NCBI GenBank assembly: GCA_963667015.2
Contig: CAXXJJ010000001.1
Coordinates: 2,688,001 to 2,752,000, forward strand
DNA from: Desulfatiglandales bacterium
GTDB lineage: Bacteria; Desulfobacterota; DSM-4660; Desulfatiglandales; HGW-15
Direction of reading: 5' to 3'
Length of the DNA stretch: 64,000 bases
The notes below the pieces were generated by a model, which worked only from the letters and a program-made list of their open reading frames with translations, had not been told where the DNA came from and made no database searches. Position 1 is the first letter of the stretch. Each line of letters starts with the position of its first letter. The position numbers and the translations under genes were made by a program. This document shows, piece by piece, positions 37,716 to 47,558 of this stretch.

Positions 37716-37750
37716 ACTCGAACCCCTGGCCCCTTGAACCCTTGAATCCT
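37716..37750. repeat. Degenerate octamer tandem repeat
   Basis: ACTCGAAC CCCTGGCC CCTTGAAC CCTTGAAT. Confidence 0.55.
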
Positions 37751-37841
37751 AATTTATGATCAGGAATTTTCAATTTGACTTGACTGGAAAATTGCTTTAA
37801 CCATAAAAAAGAAAAAATATATAAAATTCAGGAGTTTTTTA

Positions 37842-38378
37842 ATGGATTACAAAGAGATTGAGGAGCTGGCCCTTTCCTGCGGATTTACCTGTGTGGGAAA
37901 ACTTGATGTAGATACCATCCAGGTACGTACAGAGGTGCGCGATTCCTGTGCAGAAAATAAATGCCATGCCTATGGAAAAAACTGGTCATGCCCGCCTGCC
38001 TGCGGAGATCTGGATGCCTGCGAAAAGATTATCAGAAAATATAAACATGGCCTGATTCTTCAGACAAAAGGCGAGCTTGAAGACTCATTTGATTTTGAAG
38101 CAATGATGGATCTTGAAAAGGTCCATAGAAAATCCTTTATAAAATTCAACGAAGAGATCAAGAAAATCTATCCGGATGCAGTGGTTATAGGTACAGGCGC
38201 CTGTACCATTTGCAAGGAATGTTCATACCCGGATAATCCCTGTCGTTTTCCGGAAAAGATGATTTCATCAATGGAGGCATTCGGGATGATAGTAAGTGAT
38301 GTGTGCAAAGCAAACAATATTCCATACTACTACGGTGAAGGAACACTTACATATGTAGGATGTGTGCTGTTGGATTAA
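37842..38378 (+). CDS. DUF2284 family Cys-rich metal-binding protein
   Basis: CAENKCHAYGKNWSCPP, GACTICKEC, CRFP..SSMEAFG. Confidence 0.88.
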   Translation: MDYKEIEELALSCGFTCVGKLDVDTIQVRTEVRDSCAENKCHAYGKNWSCPPACGDLDACEKIIRKYKHGLILQTKGELEDSFDFEAMMDLEKVHRKSFIKFNEEIKKIYPDAVVIGTGACTICKECSYPDNPCRFPEKMISSMEAFGMIVSDVCKANNIPYYYGEGTLTYVGCVLLD

Positions 38379-38397
38379 AAGGTAAAAAGGAGCATTC

Positions 38398-39423
38398 ATG
38401 CATTCTCTTGAAATAAAAGGCAGCTTAAATACCTCTGCAATTCATGTCGGGGAGAGTTATAAAAACGTAGGAAAATATCTGCCGTCATCTAATGTGGTTA
38501 TCATTGCGGACAGTAATGTGTTTGATCATTACCATGAGTCTTTCCCGAAGGCTAAGACAATTAAGATCGAAACCAGTGAAAAAAAGAAAAGCCTTGATAC
38601 TGTCAACTATATTGTTAATGAACTTGTTGACATGGAGGCCGATCGAAGCCTGTTTCTGCTCGGCATAGGCGGAGGAATCCTCTGTGACATTGCCGGATTT
38701 GTAGCGTCAGTATACATGCGGGGCATATCCTTCGGATTTATATCTACAACGCTGCTTTCCCAGGTGGATGCCAGTGTGGGAGGCAAGAACGGGGTTAATT
38801 TTAAAGGATATAAAAATATGGTAGGGGTATTCAATCAGCCTGATTTTGTCATATGCGACCCCGAAGTATTAAAAACCCTTCCGTCTGAGGAACTGTTAAA
38901 CGGCTGCGCGGAAATTATCAAACACGGGGCAATAGCCGATGAAAATCTGTTTAAATATCTGGAAGATAATTATAAGGGCATTATGGATCTTGACAGCAGC
39001 GTGATTGAACGAGTCGTTTACGATTCCGTAGTAATAAAATCCGATGTAGTAAACAAAGATGAAAAGGAAAAGGGAGAGAGGAAAAAACTCAATTTCGGTC
39101 ACACCATCGGACATGCCATAGAAAAGGTAACCGGCGTAAGTCATGGAAAGGCTGTAGGCCTGGGCATGGTGGCTGCCGCAAACCTGTCGGAAGCCAGGGG
39201 TTTGCTTTCTCCGGATGATAAACAGCGGATCATTTCACTTATTAAAAACATGGGACTTCCGGTTGAAATGGAAGCCGACAAATCAGAGATACTTGATGCA
39301 ATGAAAAGAGACAAAAAAAGGGAAGGGGACAGCATCCATTTTGTTCTTCTGGATGGGATAGGGAAGTCTGTAATAGAGAATATTACTATAAGTGAACTCG
39401 AAAAATATTTTATAAGTGCATAG
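38398..39423 (+). CDS. aroB: 3-dehydroquinate synthase
   Basis: GGGILCDIAGF, TTLLSQVDASVGGKNG, KNMVGVF, LNFGHTIGHAIE, DKK. Confidence 0.95.
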   Translation: MHSLEIKGSLNTSAIHVGESYKNVGKYLPSSNVVIIADSNVFDHYHESFPKAKTIKIETSEKKKSLDTVNYIVNELVDMEADRSLFLLGIGGGILCDIAGFVASVYMRGISFGFISTTLLSQVDASVGGKNGVNFKGYKNMVGVFNQPDFVICDPEVLKTLPSEELLNGCAEIIKHGAIADENLFKYLEDNYKGIMDLDSSVIERVVYDSVVIKSDVVNKDEKEKGERKKLNFGHTIGHAIEKVTGVSHGKAVGLGMVAAANLSEARGLLSPDDKQRIISLIKNMGLPVEMEADKSEILDAMKRDKKREGDSIHFVLLDGIGKSVIENITISELEKYFISA

Positions 39424-39840
39424 GAAAACTTTATTTTATCTGTAATCCTTCAGAAGGGAGAGCCTCAACCCACGTTGATTATCAATATCCAAACTCAGGT
39501 ATTGTGTCTGCTTACATTATAACTCAACGTCGTTACGCGTCTTTCGGGTCGAGCGCCCAGTGCTCGTTGATCTTGGAAATCACTTCTACGAAATCCACCG
39601 GAACCTTGACGGTAAGGCGCGGATAATAGGATCTATTTAGAAGAGAATGAAGTAAGTGTCCGAACGGGTTAGAATCTGCACAGGCATAACTGATTACTGC
39701 CTAAAAAAATATTTCTAAATTAATGAAACTTGAAAAAAATCTGTATTTTCGGAGCCCACTATATTAATGCAGGTAATCAATACTATTATGGTCTATAAGC
39801 TCAAATATAACCAGTAAGACCAGAGACAGGAGGCAATAAA

Positions 39841-40920
39841 ATGACATCAGAAGAAAAAATATATCGGGATTTACAGGAACATCTTGATAAACAGGCAGTT
39901 GGCTTTCCTGCAACCGACTCCGGTGTTGAGATCCGAATCCTTAAAGAACTTTTCACCCCTGAACAGGCGGAACTGGCCCTTTACCTGACTTATAAACCGC
40001 AGTCTGCGTCGGATATTTATGAACGCGTTAAAGACAGCGGCATATCGCTTGAAAAAGTCAAAACTCTTCTGGATGAACTGGCTGGTAACGGGGCTATAGC
40101 CGAAAAGGAGAGAGATGGCATTGAATATTATTACACGATGCCGCTGCTGATTGGGATTGTAGAATGGCATGGCAGTAAAGCAACTCCGCAGTTCCGGGCG
40201 GATTTTAGTGAGTATATGGGCAGCGGCTATGTAAAATCATACGCAAGTACAAGGACCTCACAAATGAGGACAATCCCTGTCAGGAAAAGTATCGATGTGG
40301 AACACAGCGTCATTACCTATGACAGCGTAAAGGATATTATCAACAATACAGAGGGGCCAATCATTATAAGCCCCTGTATGTGTCGTGAAGGCGCAAAACT
40401 GGGAGGTGAGCCTTGTCAAAAAACAAGCCGCACAGATTCATGTATGGCATTTGGTGACTGGGCGAAGCATTTTATTAAAACAGGAAAGGCAAGAGAAATC
40501 ACCCGTGAGGAGGCGCTGGAAATAACCCGTCAAAACGAAGAGGACGGTCTTGTTCTGCAGCCTACCAACTACCAGAAACTGGATTTTATCTGTGCCTGCT
40601 GCGGTTGCTGCTGCGGAGTCCTTAGAATACAAAAAATGTTGCCTAAACCGGCACAAAACTGGGCTCATAACTATTACGCCGCAGTAGATGCAGAGTTATG
40701 CACCGGCTGCGGGATCTGTGTTGAAAGGTGTCAGATTAACGCTGTTTCGATGGACGAGCAAAATGAGTGTTCAGTAATTAGCCTTGACCGGTGTATAGGC
40801 TGTGGCAACTGCGTTGTTACCTGTCCGGCAGAAGCTATAAAGATGGTCAGGATGGAGAATGAAGCAATTCCACCTGAAGATTCCACGGGCCTCTTTAAAA
40901 TATTGGCTGAACATAATTAG
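39841..40920 (+). CDS. 4Fe-4S dicluster protein with an N-terminal HTH-like region
   Basis: PCMCRE, ICACCGCCC, two C-terminal CxxCxxCxxxC motifs. Confidence 0.85.
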   Translation: MTSEEKIYRDLQEHLDKQAVGFPATDSGVEIRILKELFTPEQAELALYLTYKPQSASDIYERVKDSGISLEKVKTLLDELAGNGAIAEKERDGIEYYYTMPLLIGIVEWHGSKATPQFRADFSEYMGSGYVKSYASTRTSQMRTIPVRKSIDVEHSVITYDSVKDIINNTEGPIIISPCMCREGAKLGGEPCQKTSRTDSCMAFGDWAKHFIKTGKAREITREEALEITRQNEEDGLVLQPTNYQKLDFICACCGCCCGVLRIQKMLPKPAQNWAHNYYAAVDAELCTGCGICVERCQINAVSMDEQNECSVISLDRCIGCGNCVVTCPAEAIKMVRMENEAIPPEDSTGLFKILAEHN

Positions 40921-41180
40921 TTTCCATCCATAAACGGATCTTTTTCATAATTTCCGTATCAATTTTCGGAATTGGGCGTGGGATGTACTGTAATTGTACG
41001 TCTCAGCCCAATGTAATGATTTCCTTTAAACTGTAAAAATATCCGGTGAATGAATTGAAACTCATCAGCTCCTCTTTTCTGCAATAAAAGGAAATTAAAT
41101 TTTCTACTGCGACATTATATGTCATACCACCTGTAATATAATCATTCTTATCCATAAAAATTAAATATAAAAATCTACTG

Positions 41181-41504
41181 TTGAAGGCTGATTTTAGCCT
41201 TAATGAAGGTGCAACACGTGGTCTTGAGAAGGTCGGATTGCTTGATTCTATTCAACATACAAGCAATTCAAAAAACTACCTTCTTAATTCCGGCTACCAT
41301 GGAAGCAAATACTACCTGGATGTTTTATCAGCAAGTGACAAAGGAATCATTACAGCCTCTGGAACTGCTCCACTTGAGTTTGCAAGGGAAATATTTAAAG
41401 AACTTGATCTGTATAAAACTGAAGTTCTTGATGCCTGGTATAAATTGGTTAAAACCGGCTCGCCGGAAGCATTTGCTGAGTTTATGGAATCAATCGGGTC
41501 TTAA
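41181..41504 (+). pseudogene. C-terminal half of a DJ-1/PfpI (YdeA-like) protein
   Basis: GAT.GL..VGLLD..QHTSN, IITASGTAPLEFAREIF..L; nucleophile AIC motif and N-terminal half missing. Confidence 0.65.
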
Positions 41505-41659
41505 CCTCGCGTTTACATGGCTATCCTCCATTACATACTGGTTGATATGCACCATAACTGGTGGTGCATATCAACCAGTAAACCGACCTGCCTTTTTCCG
41601 CATAAAAATAAAACTATGTAATTACCTGAAAATAAAAAGTAAATTGCCGCCCGTAGAGG

Positions 41660-41675
41660 TGGCATCGGATTTGCT
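41660..41675 (+). promoter_or_regulatory. Sigma-54 promoter of the PilZ gene
   Basis: TGGCATCGGATTTGCT, GG-N10-GC spacing. Confidence 0.75.
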
Positions 41676-41764
41676 TTTACCAAAATGCAGAGAGAATAAG
41701 AAGGTAACCTATTTTTTTGGCAGCAGAGCGCAATAGATATTGAGGCGGGAGTGAAAATTTCCAA

Positions 41765-42079
41765 ATGGTTTTAGAGCAAGATTCCCAATTTACTGATCGT
41801 CGGCATTTCAAACGCCGCCTTCTGAATCATGTGGTTTCCTTTGCCTGTATTGATGAGAATGGCCGTTTTGACTGGCATCTCGGTGTTATCCGTGATGTCG
41901 GTTCAGGTGGTATCAGGATCCGCTCCAATCGGGAGGTAAGATTACACCGGGGACAGCGGCTTTTTATTGTCTGCATACCGGAAGGGAGCCAGCCTGATAA
42001 TGAGCAGTGCGCCGTTCAGATGGAAGGCAGGGTTACATGGCAGGATAAGGGCGGATATTTTTTCGGTCTGGAGTTATAG
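41765..42079 (+). CDS. Stand-alone PilZ domain protein
   Basis: DRRHFKR (RxxxR) and DVGSGG (DxSxxG-like), GRVTW, FGLEL. Confidence 0.8.
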   Translation: MVLEQDSQFTDRRHFKRRLLNHVVSFACIDENGRFDWHLGVIRDVGSGGIRIRSNREVRLHRGQRLFIVCIPEGSQPDNEQCAVQMEGRVTWQDKGGYFFGLEL

Positions 42080-42149
42080 CCCCGGATATTCGTGTCTGAC
42101 GCAGACATTGGATAAAAGAAAGTGTTTTAAACCTGGCGTATTTAACCGG

Positions 42150-43472
42150 TTACTTTTTTACCCCGTATTTTTTGATGCGATAGCGCAGGGTGTTACGGGT
42201 AATACCCAGCTGAATAGCTGCCCTGGATTGATTCCAGTGGCATTCCTTAAGTGCCCGGACAATAAGTTCTTTTTCTCTGCCGAAAAGATCAAGAGCATTC
42301 TCATCAGATGAGTTTGTTCTCGCGATTGCTCTTTCTCCTGCCACAGCCGCCGGAAGCAGATCTGCAGTGAATACGTCATCCCTGCATTGCAGGCATCCCC
42401 GTTCAATAATATTGCGCAGTTCACGAATGTTCCCGGGCCAGTCATAAACCTGCAGGCGCGACAGGGCGGTGCTGTCAAGTCGCAGGGGTTTATTGCCGTA
42501 TTGATGAGAAAAAGCCTTCATAAAATAATGGGCCAGCTCTTCGATGTCTTCCCTGTGCTCACGCAGCGGGGGAAGCTGCAGTTGCAGTGCATTGAGACGG
42601 TAATAGAGGTCGCGTCGAAAGGCTCCTGTATCTACCATAGCCTCCAGATCGCGGTTTGTGGCTGATATAATTTTGACCCTTACAGTTTGTGGGTTTGTCC
42701 CGCCTACCGGAGTTACCTGTTTCTGCTCAACGGCATGCAGCAGCTTTGGCTGTAATGAAAGAGGCAGATCTCCTATTTCGTCGAGAAAGAGGGTCCCTCC
42801 ATTGGCAGCAGCAAAAGCGCCTTTGCGGTCTTCGATAGCCCCGGTGAAGGCACCGCGTCGATGACCAAAAAGTTCACTTTCTATCAGATCTTTAGGAATC
42901 GCCGGGCAGTTGACCCGTATAAAAGGGGCCTCTTTCGCGGTGTAAGTTTCATGGATGGCCTTGGCCGTTAATTCTTTTCCTGTTCCCGACTCGCCGGTGA
43001 TCAGAACGGAACTGTCTATTCTGGCTACTGTGGCAATATCCCGTTTCAGTTTCTCTATAACCGATGATGTGCCGATTATCCTGCTGCTCGCTGTTGCCCG
43101 TGCGACTTGTGCCTCCAGAGCCCTTGCCACCAGTTCCAGGACATGGTTATTGTCCACCGGTTTGGTAAGGTAATCAAAGGCCCCTTCCTTCATGGCGGCT
43201 ACGGCTGTGCTGACGGTTCCAAATGCTGTGAGCAGGATAAAAGGTGTATCAGGGAAGTTGACATTGCGATAACGCAGGACCTCCAGGCCTCCCATTTTGG
43301 GCATCTTCATGTCACTAAGCACCACATCGGGCTGCCACTCCTTCCAGCGTAAAATACCTTCCTGCCCATCTGCGGCAGATTGTACATCATAACCAGGTTC
43401 CTGAAGAACCAATTCCAGCAACCGGCGCATTCGTGCCTCATCTTCAATAATCAGTATCTTGGGATTCATCAT
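42150..43472 (-). CDS. Sigma-54-dependent response regulator (NtrC/AtoC family)
   Basis: REC domain, GESGTGKE, ESELFGH..GAFTGA, LFLDEIG, WPGNIREL, Fis-type HTH. Confidence 0.95.
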   Translation of the reverse strand: MMNPKILIIEDEARMRRLLELVLQEPGYDVQSAADGQEGILRWKEWQPDVVLSDMKMPKMGGLEVLRYRNVNFPDTPFILLTAFGTVSTAVAAMKEGAFDYLTKPVDNNHVLELVARALEAQVARATASSRIIGTSSVIEKLKRDIATVARIDSSVLITGESGTGKELTAKAIHETYTAKEAPFIRVNCPAIPKDLIESELFGHRRGAFTGAIEDRKGAFAAANGGTLFLDEIGDLPLSLQPKLLHAVEQKQVTPVGGTNPQTVRVKIISATNRDLEAMVDTGAFRRDLYYRLNALQLQLPPLREHREDIEELAHYFMKAFSHQYGNKPLRLDSTALSRLQVYDWPGNIRELRNIIERGCLQCRDDVFTADLLPAAVAGERAIARTNSSDENALDLFGREKELIVRALKECHWNQSRAAIQLGITRNTLRYRIKKYGVKK

Positions 43473-43490
43473 GTAATTCTCTTAGCCTTG

Positions 43491-45923
43491 TTATTCGCTT
43501 CCATATGCAATCATAGGCTGGAAAGGCAGACTGATCAATACCTCCGCACCTCCCTGCTTCCTGTTGCCGATTGTGATTGTACCATAATGGGCTTCAATAA
43601 TCTGTCTGCACATTGTCAGACCCAGGCCCAGACCATCTTCTTTGGTGGTGAAAAATTTACTAAACAGTTCGTCTTTATGTTCTTCTGCAATTCCCGGGCC
43701 ATTGTCCTGCAGCCGGATGAGAACAGAATCATCCTGTCTTTCGGCGCAAAGGAAAATTGATCCGTTTCCGGCTAGGGCCTCTTCGCTGTTGAGAAAAAGG
43801 TTAAGAAGCACCTGGCGGATTTGTCCGAAATCCGCATACAGGAGAGGCATTGGAGTTATGACTGTACAGCGGATACTGATATTTTGATTATGATCATCCG
43901 ATTCCCTCCATTTATCACACAGCGCGGGGAATTCCTTCTGAAGATCAACGGGCTGAAAATCGGGTTTTTTGTATTTGGCCAGACTGAGGATATTCGAGAT
44001 GACCGTGTTCAGGTTGTCCACTTCATCAAGAATATAATGCAGCATTTCCCTGTTGATTTCGGCTGATCGCCTTTCTTCTGCCAGATACTGGGCTGAACTG
44101 CGGATAATACCGAGCGGATTCCTGATTTCATGGGCAAGCGTAACACTCATCTCACCCAGGGCAGCCATCTTTTCGGATTGAACAAGTTTTGAAAACAGGT
44201 TTTCCAGCTGCTCTTTGCTTTCGGCAAGCGAGGTATAATGAATGCTGTTGGTCAGGGCAATGGAGATCTGATTGGTCAGTGTTGCCAGCAGGCGAATATC
44301 ATGTTCCCGAAAAAGCCGTTCATCTTTTCGGGGTCCAATCAGAATGACGCCGGTCAGCAGGCTGCTGCCCCACAGTGGCAGGGTAAGGATATACCCTTCG
44401 GAAAGCAGTTGTGACAATTCCTCATTCAGTTGCGGATCATCCTGTTCTTCAAGACAGAAAATGGCCTGCTCCCCATTGTTAAACCGTTTGATAAGCCGGC
44501 TGTCAGGCCAGGGACTGTATCCGATTCGGAGATGTTCCGGATACAATCGGCTGTTTTTATCATGAAGCAAAAGAAGGGCACTTCGGGTGATCTGCATCTG
44601 TTGCGGCAGTTCATTGGTAATTAGTGCTACAAGTTCTGAAAACAGCAATGTAGAAGCCAGTTTTTTACTGAAATCAAAAAGCACTGCCGTGTCGCTGGGG
44701 CGATAGCGGAAGAAGTAGCGATCAACCAGACCCTGTGTCCAGTTGATGAGCGGGGTTATTACAATGACTATTACAAGAAGAAAGAGGAGAAAGATTTGTT
44801 CGGAAAAAATCTGACGGCCAAAAAAATATCGTTTGAGTATTGCAAGCAGAGCAGTATAGGTTATGGCCAGAAAGAAAATGACTATAAAATAGGCAGTGGT
44901 ACGGCTTATAAATCTGTCTACACCAAGGAGCCTGTAGCGAAGCATGGCTATCAGGTAAGCTGTAGGTAGAACTGTAGCAGCCAGCAAGACAATACGGAAG
45001 GAGATCATCGGCTGATCGATTATCAGGTTGGGAAGAAGGTAGAAAACAAGGTATGGGGTAAAAGACAGCCAGTACGCGTTAAGAGTAAGTTTGACCTGGT
45101 TTCTGGATGATGGAGAACTGAGATGACGCAGGTCAACAAAATGTTTTATAAAAGATCCTATGATAATAGGTGGCAGGCAGATGTTGCGGAAACGCTGCAG
45201 CTCACTGAAGACGTCATTCGTGAACCCCGCGGTGAATAATGCGCAACCAAATGCAATAAACGGCGGAATAAAGTAGAGCATTGGCGCCAGCAAGGGCCTT
45301 GTCCTGCAAAGATCCCTTTCCTGTGGAAACCTGCTTGTGAAATGAGCTAGCCCGCCAAAAGCCAGCCAGTTGCTGAACGTAATGCCAAGAAAACTCAGCG
45401 AAATCGTTTGTGGATCGAGCAGGCCGAAGTGGGAAGGCAGTGTTGTGGCAATGGTTGTTGCAAACCAGCAAAGCAAAAAAAAGAAAATTCCCACAGGCTG
45501 ATCCGGATCTGCAAGAAACAGGGCAAGACAGGCCAGAACGAGGAAAACTGAGATGAGGAGCAGGTGCGGCCAGGCAATGGTCAGGTAACTCGGCCATGTG
45601 ACAGGCATAACAGGAGAAGTGATTGTGACTTCATGTCCGTTACGGTCAAGTGTTATTGTGTGACCTGTCTTCTGATCATTCCGGGATGAGTCAAGAATGA
45701 GTGAGCCAAGAATTTCTGTATAAGGTACGCTGTCAATTTTTACTATCAGGTCGCCCGGCTGTACGGAACTGTTATGGGCGGCCACCTTCGAAATATAGAG
45801 CCCATGCCGGGTCTTATCTACACGAAAACCAGGCATCCCGTACCTGAAGGCGGCAATGGAAAAGATACATGCAGCCAGAATGGGGACAATGAGGAGAACC
45901 ATGAGGTATCTTCGCCCCGGCAT
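43491..45923 (-). CDS. Membrane histidine kinase with PDZ-like, multi-TM and GAF-like input domains
   Basis: VQPGDLIVKIDS (PDZ-like), many TM segments, LAHEIRNPL, DNGPG, FFTTKEDGLGLGL. Confidence 0.9.
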   Translation of the reverse strand: MPGRRYLMVLLIVPILAACIFSIAAFRYGMPGFRVDKTRHGLYISKVAAHNSSVQPGDLIVKIDSVPYTEILGSLILDSSRNDQKTGHTITLDRNGHEVTITSPVMPVTWPSYLTIAWPHLLLISVFLVLACLALFLADPDQPVGIFFFLLCWFATTIATTLPSHFGLLDPQTISLSFLGITFSNWLAFGGLAHFTSRFPQERDLCRTRPLLAPMLYFIPPFIAFGCALFTAGFTNDVFSELQRFRNICLPPIIIGSFIKHFVDLRHLSSPSSRNQVKLTLNAYWLSFTPYLVFYLLPNLIIDQPMISFRIVLLAATVLPTAYLIAMLRYRLLGVDRFISRTTAYFIVIFFLAITYTALLAILKRYFFGRQIFSEQIFLLFLLVIVIVITPLINWTQGLVDRYFFRYRPSDTAVLFDFSKKLASTLLFSELVALITNELPQQMQITRSALLLLHDKNSRLYPEHLRIGYSPWPDSRLIKRFNNGEQAIFCLEEQDDPQLNEELSQLLSEGYILTLPLWGSSLLTGVILIGPRKDERLFREHDIRLLATLTNQISIALTNSIHYTSLAESKEQLENLFSKLVQSEKMAALGEMSVTLAHEIRNPLGIIRSSAQYLAEERRSAEINREMLHYILDEVDNLNTVISNILSLAKYKKPDFQPVDLQKEFPALCDKWRESDDHNQNISIRCTVITPMPLLYADFGQIRQVLLNLFLNSEEALAGNGSIFLCAERQDDSVLIRLQDNGPGIAEEHKDELFSKFFTTKEDGLGLGLTMCRQIIEAHYGTITIGNRKQGGAEVLISLPFQPMIAYGSE

Positions 45924-46069
45924 CCAGCCCTTTAATTTTTGTTGGTTTATTGAATTCGGTTTAATTTGATAAGAACTTCCTTTTTTTTAAGAATTGAGTA
46001 TATTTAGAGGCACTTTGTGTGTCAAGAATAATAGTCGAGCCATGATAAGCCTCCGGGATATCGCCATAT

Positions 46070-47035
46070 CTATTTCTTAACCACAACCGGTACATCAAAA
46101 CATTCCTTTATCCCTTCAACTGTTTTTTCAAACTTATCAATATTTACAACACCTGTTATTGATGCAATTGTGCAGCTTAGTCCAAGCAGATAAACTCCCT
46201 TGTTTTCAAGCGATTCCATCATTTCAAAGCATATGCCGTAGCGATCGCCAAAGTGCGGACCGTTCATTGAAAAAACAATGTTATCGGGATTTTCCGATCC
46301 GCTTACGCCCGATATACACAAACCGAGAATTTCTTCACGATGATCCGGGGCAGGGTATGACGCCGAGAAAGTAAGGATACGTTCATTTGGGCCTATTTTT
46401 ATGAAGCACTCTGTTGCTGAAACAGATTTTGACTGAAAATCAATATCCTCTATCTCCTGTTCTTCATAGTATTCGAGCCCGTATACCTTGGGCCTGCTTT
46501 CCTGATATGTTGCAATTACCTCCTTATATATTTCTTCCTTACCCTTCTGCGCAAGTTTCCAGTCTTCAGGCGTCCGGTAGGCGCTGAAACTGAAAGGGCC
46601 GAAAAGCGAAGCGCTTGCCCTCTCAAGGTCCTTTTCCTGCAGCACAACCGAGATTGCCGAAGGTGATATCGCAAGGGCCTCGGGTTTGACACTGTTTTCT
46701 TTAAAGGCATCTATAAGGTTGCAGAGCACCAGTGGATCTTTTTTGTGTGGAAAGATTGAAAAAACAACACATTCGGATGTATGTTCACAGGGTTTGCCGA
46801 CAACCTCTTCAATTATCAATGAGGTCTGTAAACCCTTCGGGGTCTCCACAAGCAGGTTAAGCCCCCAGTGGCCATCCCTGTGAAAAGATGTGAAATAGGG
46901 CAGGTTGATTTTTCTTTCAGCGATTGACCTGAGAAGCAGGGCAGGGGTGATACCGGTCTTCTCCGGGATAATCAGAGAAAACCTGGCCACACCCTTTAAG
47001 ACTTTGAATCCGCCCAGTCTCATAGCCTCTGTCAT
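46070..47035 (-). CDS. Protein built of aspartokinase-type ACT-like repeats, no kinase domain
   Basis: SIFPH..ALAISPSAISVV and GPHFGDRYGI..LSCTIASITGVV repeats. Confidence 0.55.
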   Translation of the reverse strand: MTEAMRLGGFKVLKGVARFSLIIPEKTGITPALLLRSIAERKINLPYFTSFHRDGHWGLNLLVETPKGLQTSLIIEEVVGKPCEHTSECVVFSIFPHKKDPLVLCNLIDAFKENSVKPEALAISPSAISVVLQEKDLERASASLFGPFSFSAYRTPEDWKLAQKGKEEIYKEVIATYQESRPKVYGLEYYEEQEIEDIDFQSKSVSATECFIKIGPNERILTFSASYPAPDHREEILGLCISGVSGSENPDNIVFSMNGPHFGDRYGICFEMMESLENKGVYLLGLSCTIASITGVVNIDKFEKTVEGIKECFDVPVVVKK

Positions 47036-47142
47036 ATCAACCCGGCTCCGGTCTATATGGGATTAATATTTATTCGGGTATATTCACGCAAAGAATATAT
47101 CTGTTCCAGATAAAATACCCCTATCCCGAATATCACCAGGTC

Positions 47143-47523
47143 TTAAAAAAAGGCACTGACTGCGCTCCATAGCCCTTCGGTATCAATGGGTTTTGGTATA
47201 TATTCATCCGCCTCAGTGCTCATTCCGTCGGCATGGGAATACCTGGTAGTGGGAACTGCTTCACCAACCGCGGTAAGAAGTATTACCGGGATGTCCCTGG
47301 TTTCATCATTTGCCTTGAGCTCAGCACAAAGGACATAGCCGTCTTTCCGGGGCATCATAATGTCCAGGATAACCATGTCCGGGCGTCGTTCCCTGATGGA
47401 TTCCTCGCCTTCTATGCCGTCGTAGGCCTTGCCCACTTCGCAACCCTTACTTTCCAGCATCAAGGCTATTGTTTCCACCAGATCCGGGTCATCATCAACT
47501 ACAAGAATGTACTTGTCGGTCAT
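47143..47523 (-). CDS. Single-domain response regulator
   Basis: ILVVDDD, LDIMMP, LLTA, KP. Confidence 0.92.
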   Translation of the reverse strand: MTDKYILVVDDDPDLVETIALMLESKGCEVGKAYDGIEGEESIRERRPDMVILDIMMPRKDGYVLCAELKANDETRDIPVILLTAVGEAVPTTRYSHADGMSTEADEYIPKPIDTEGLWSAVSAFF

Positions 47524-47558
47524 AATAAAACCTCCTTAATTAGGGTTACTTATTGCTA

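Noticed and set aside
39440..39640. Possible 6S RNA or other ncRNA
   Set aside because: Only small local hairpins and no recognisable family motif; a coding remnant fits better.
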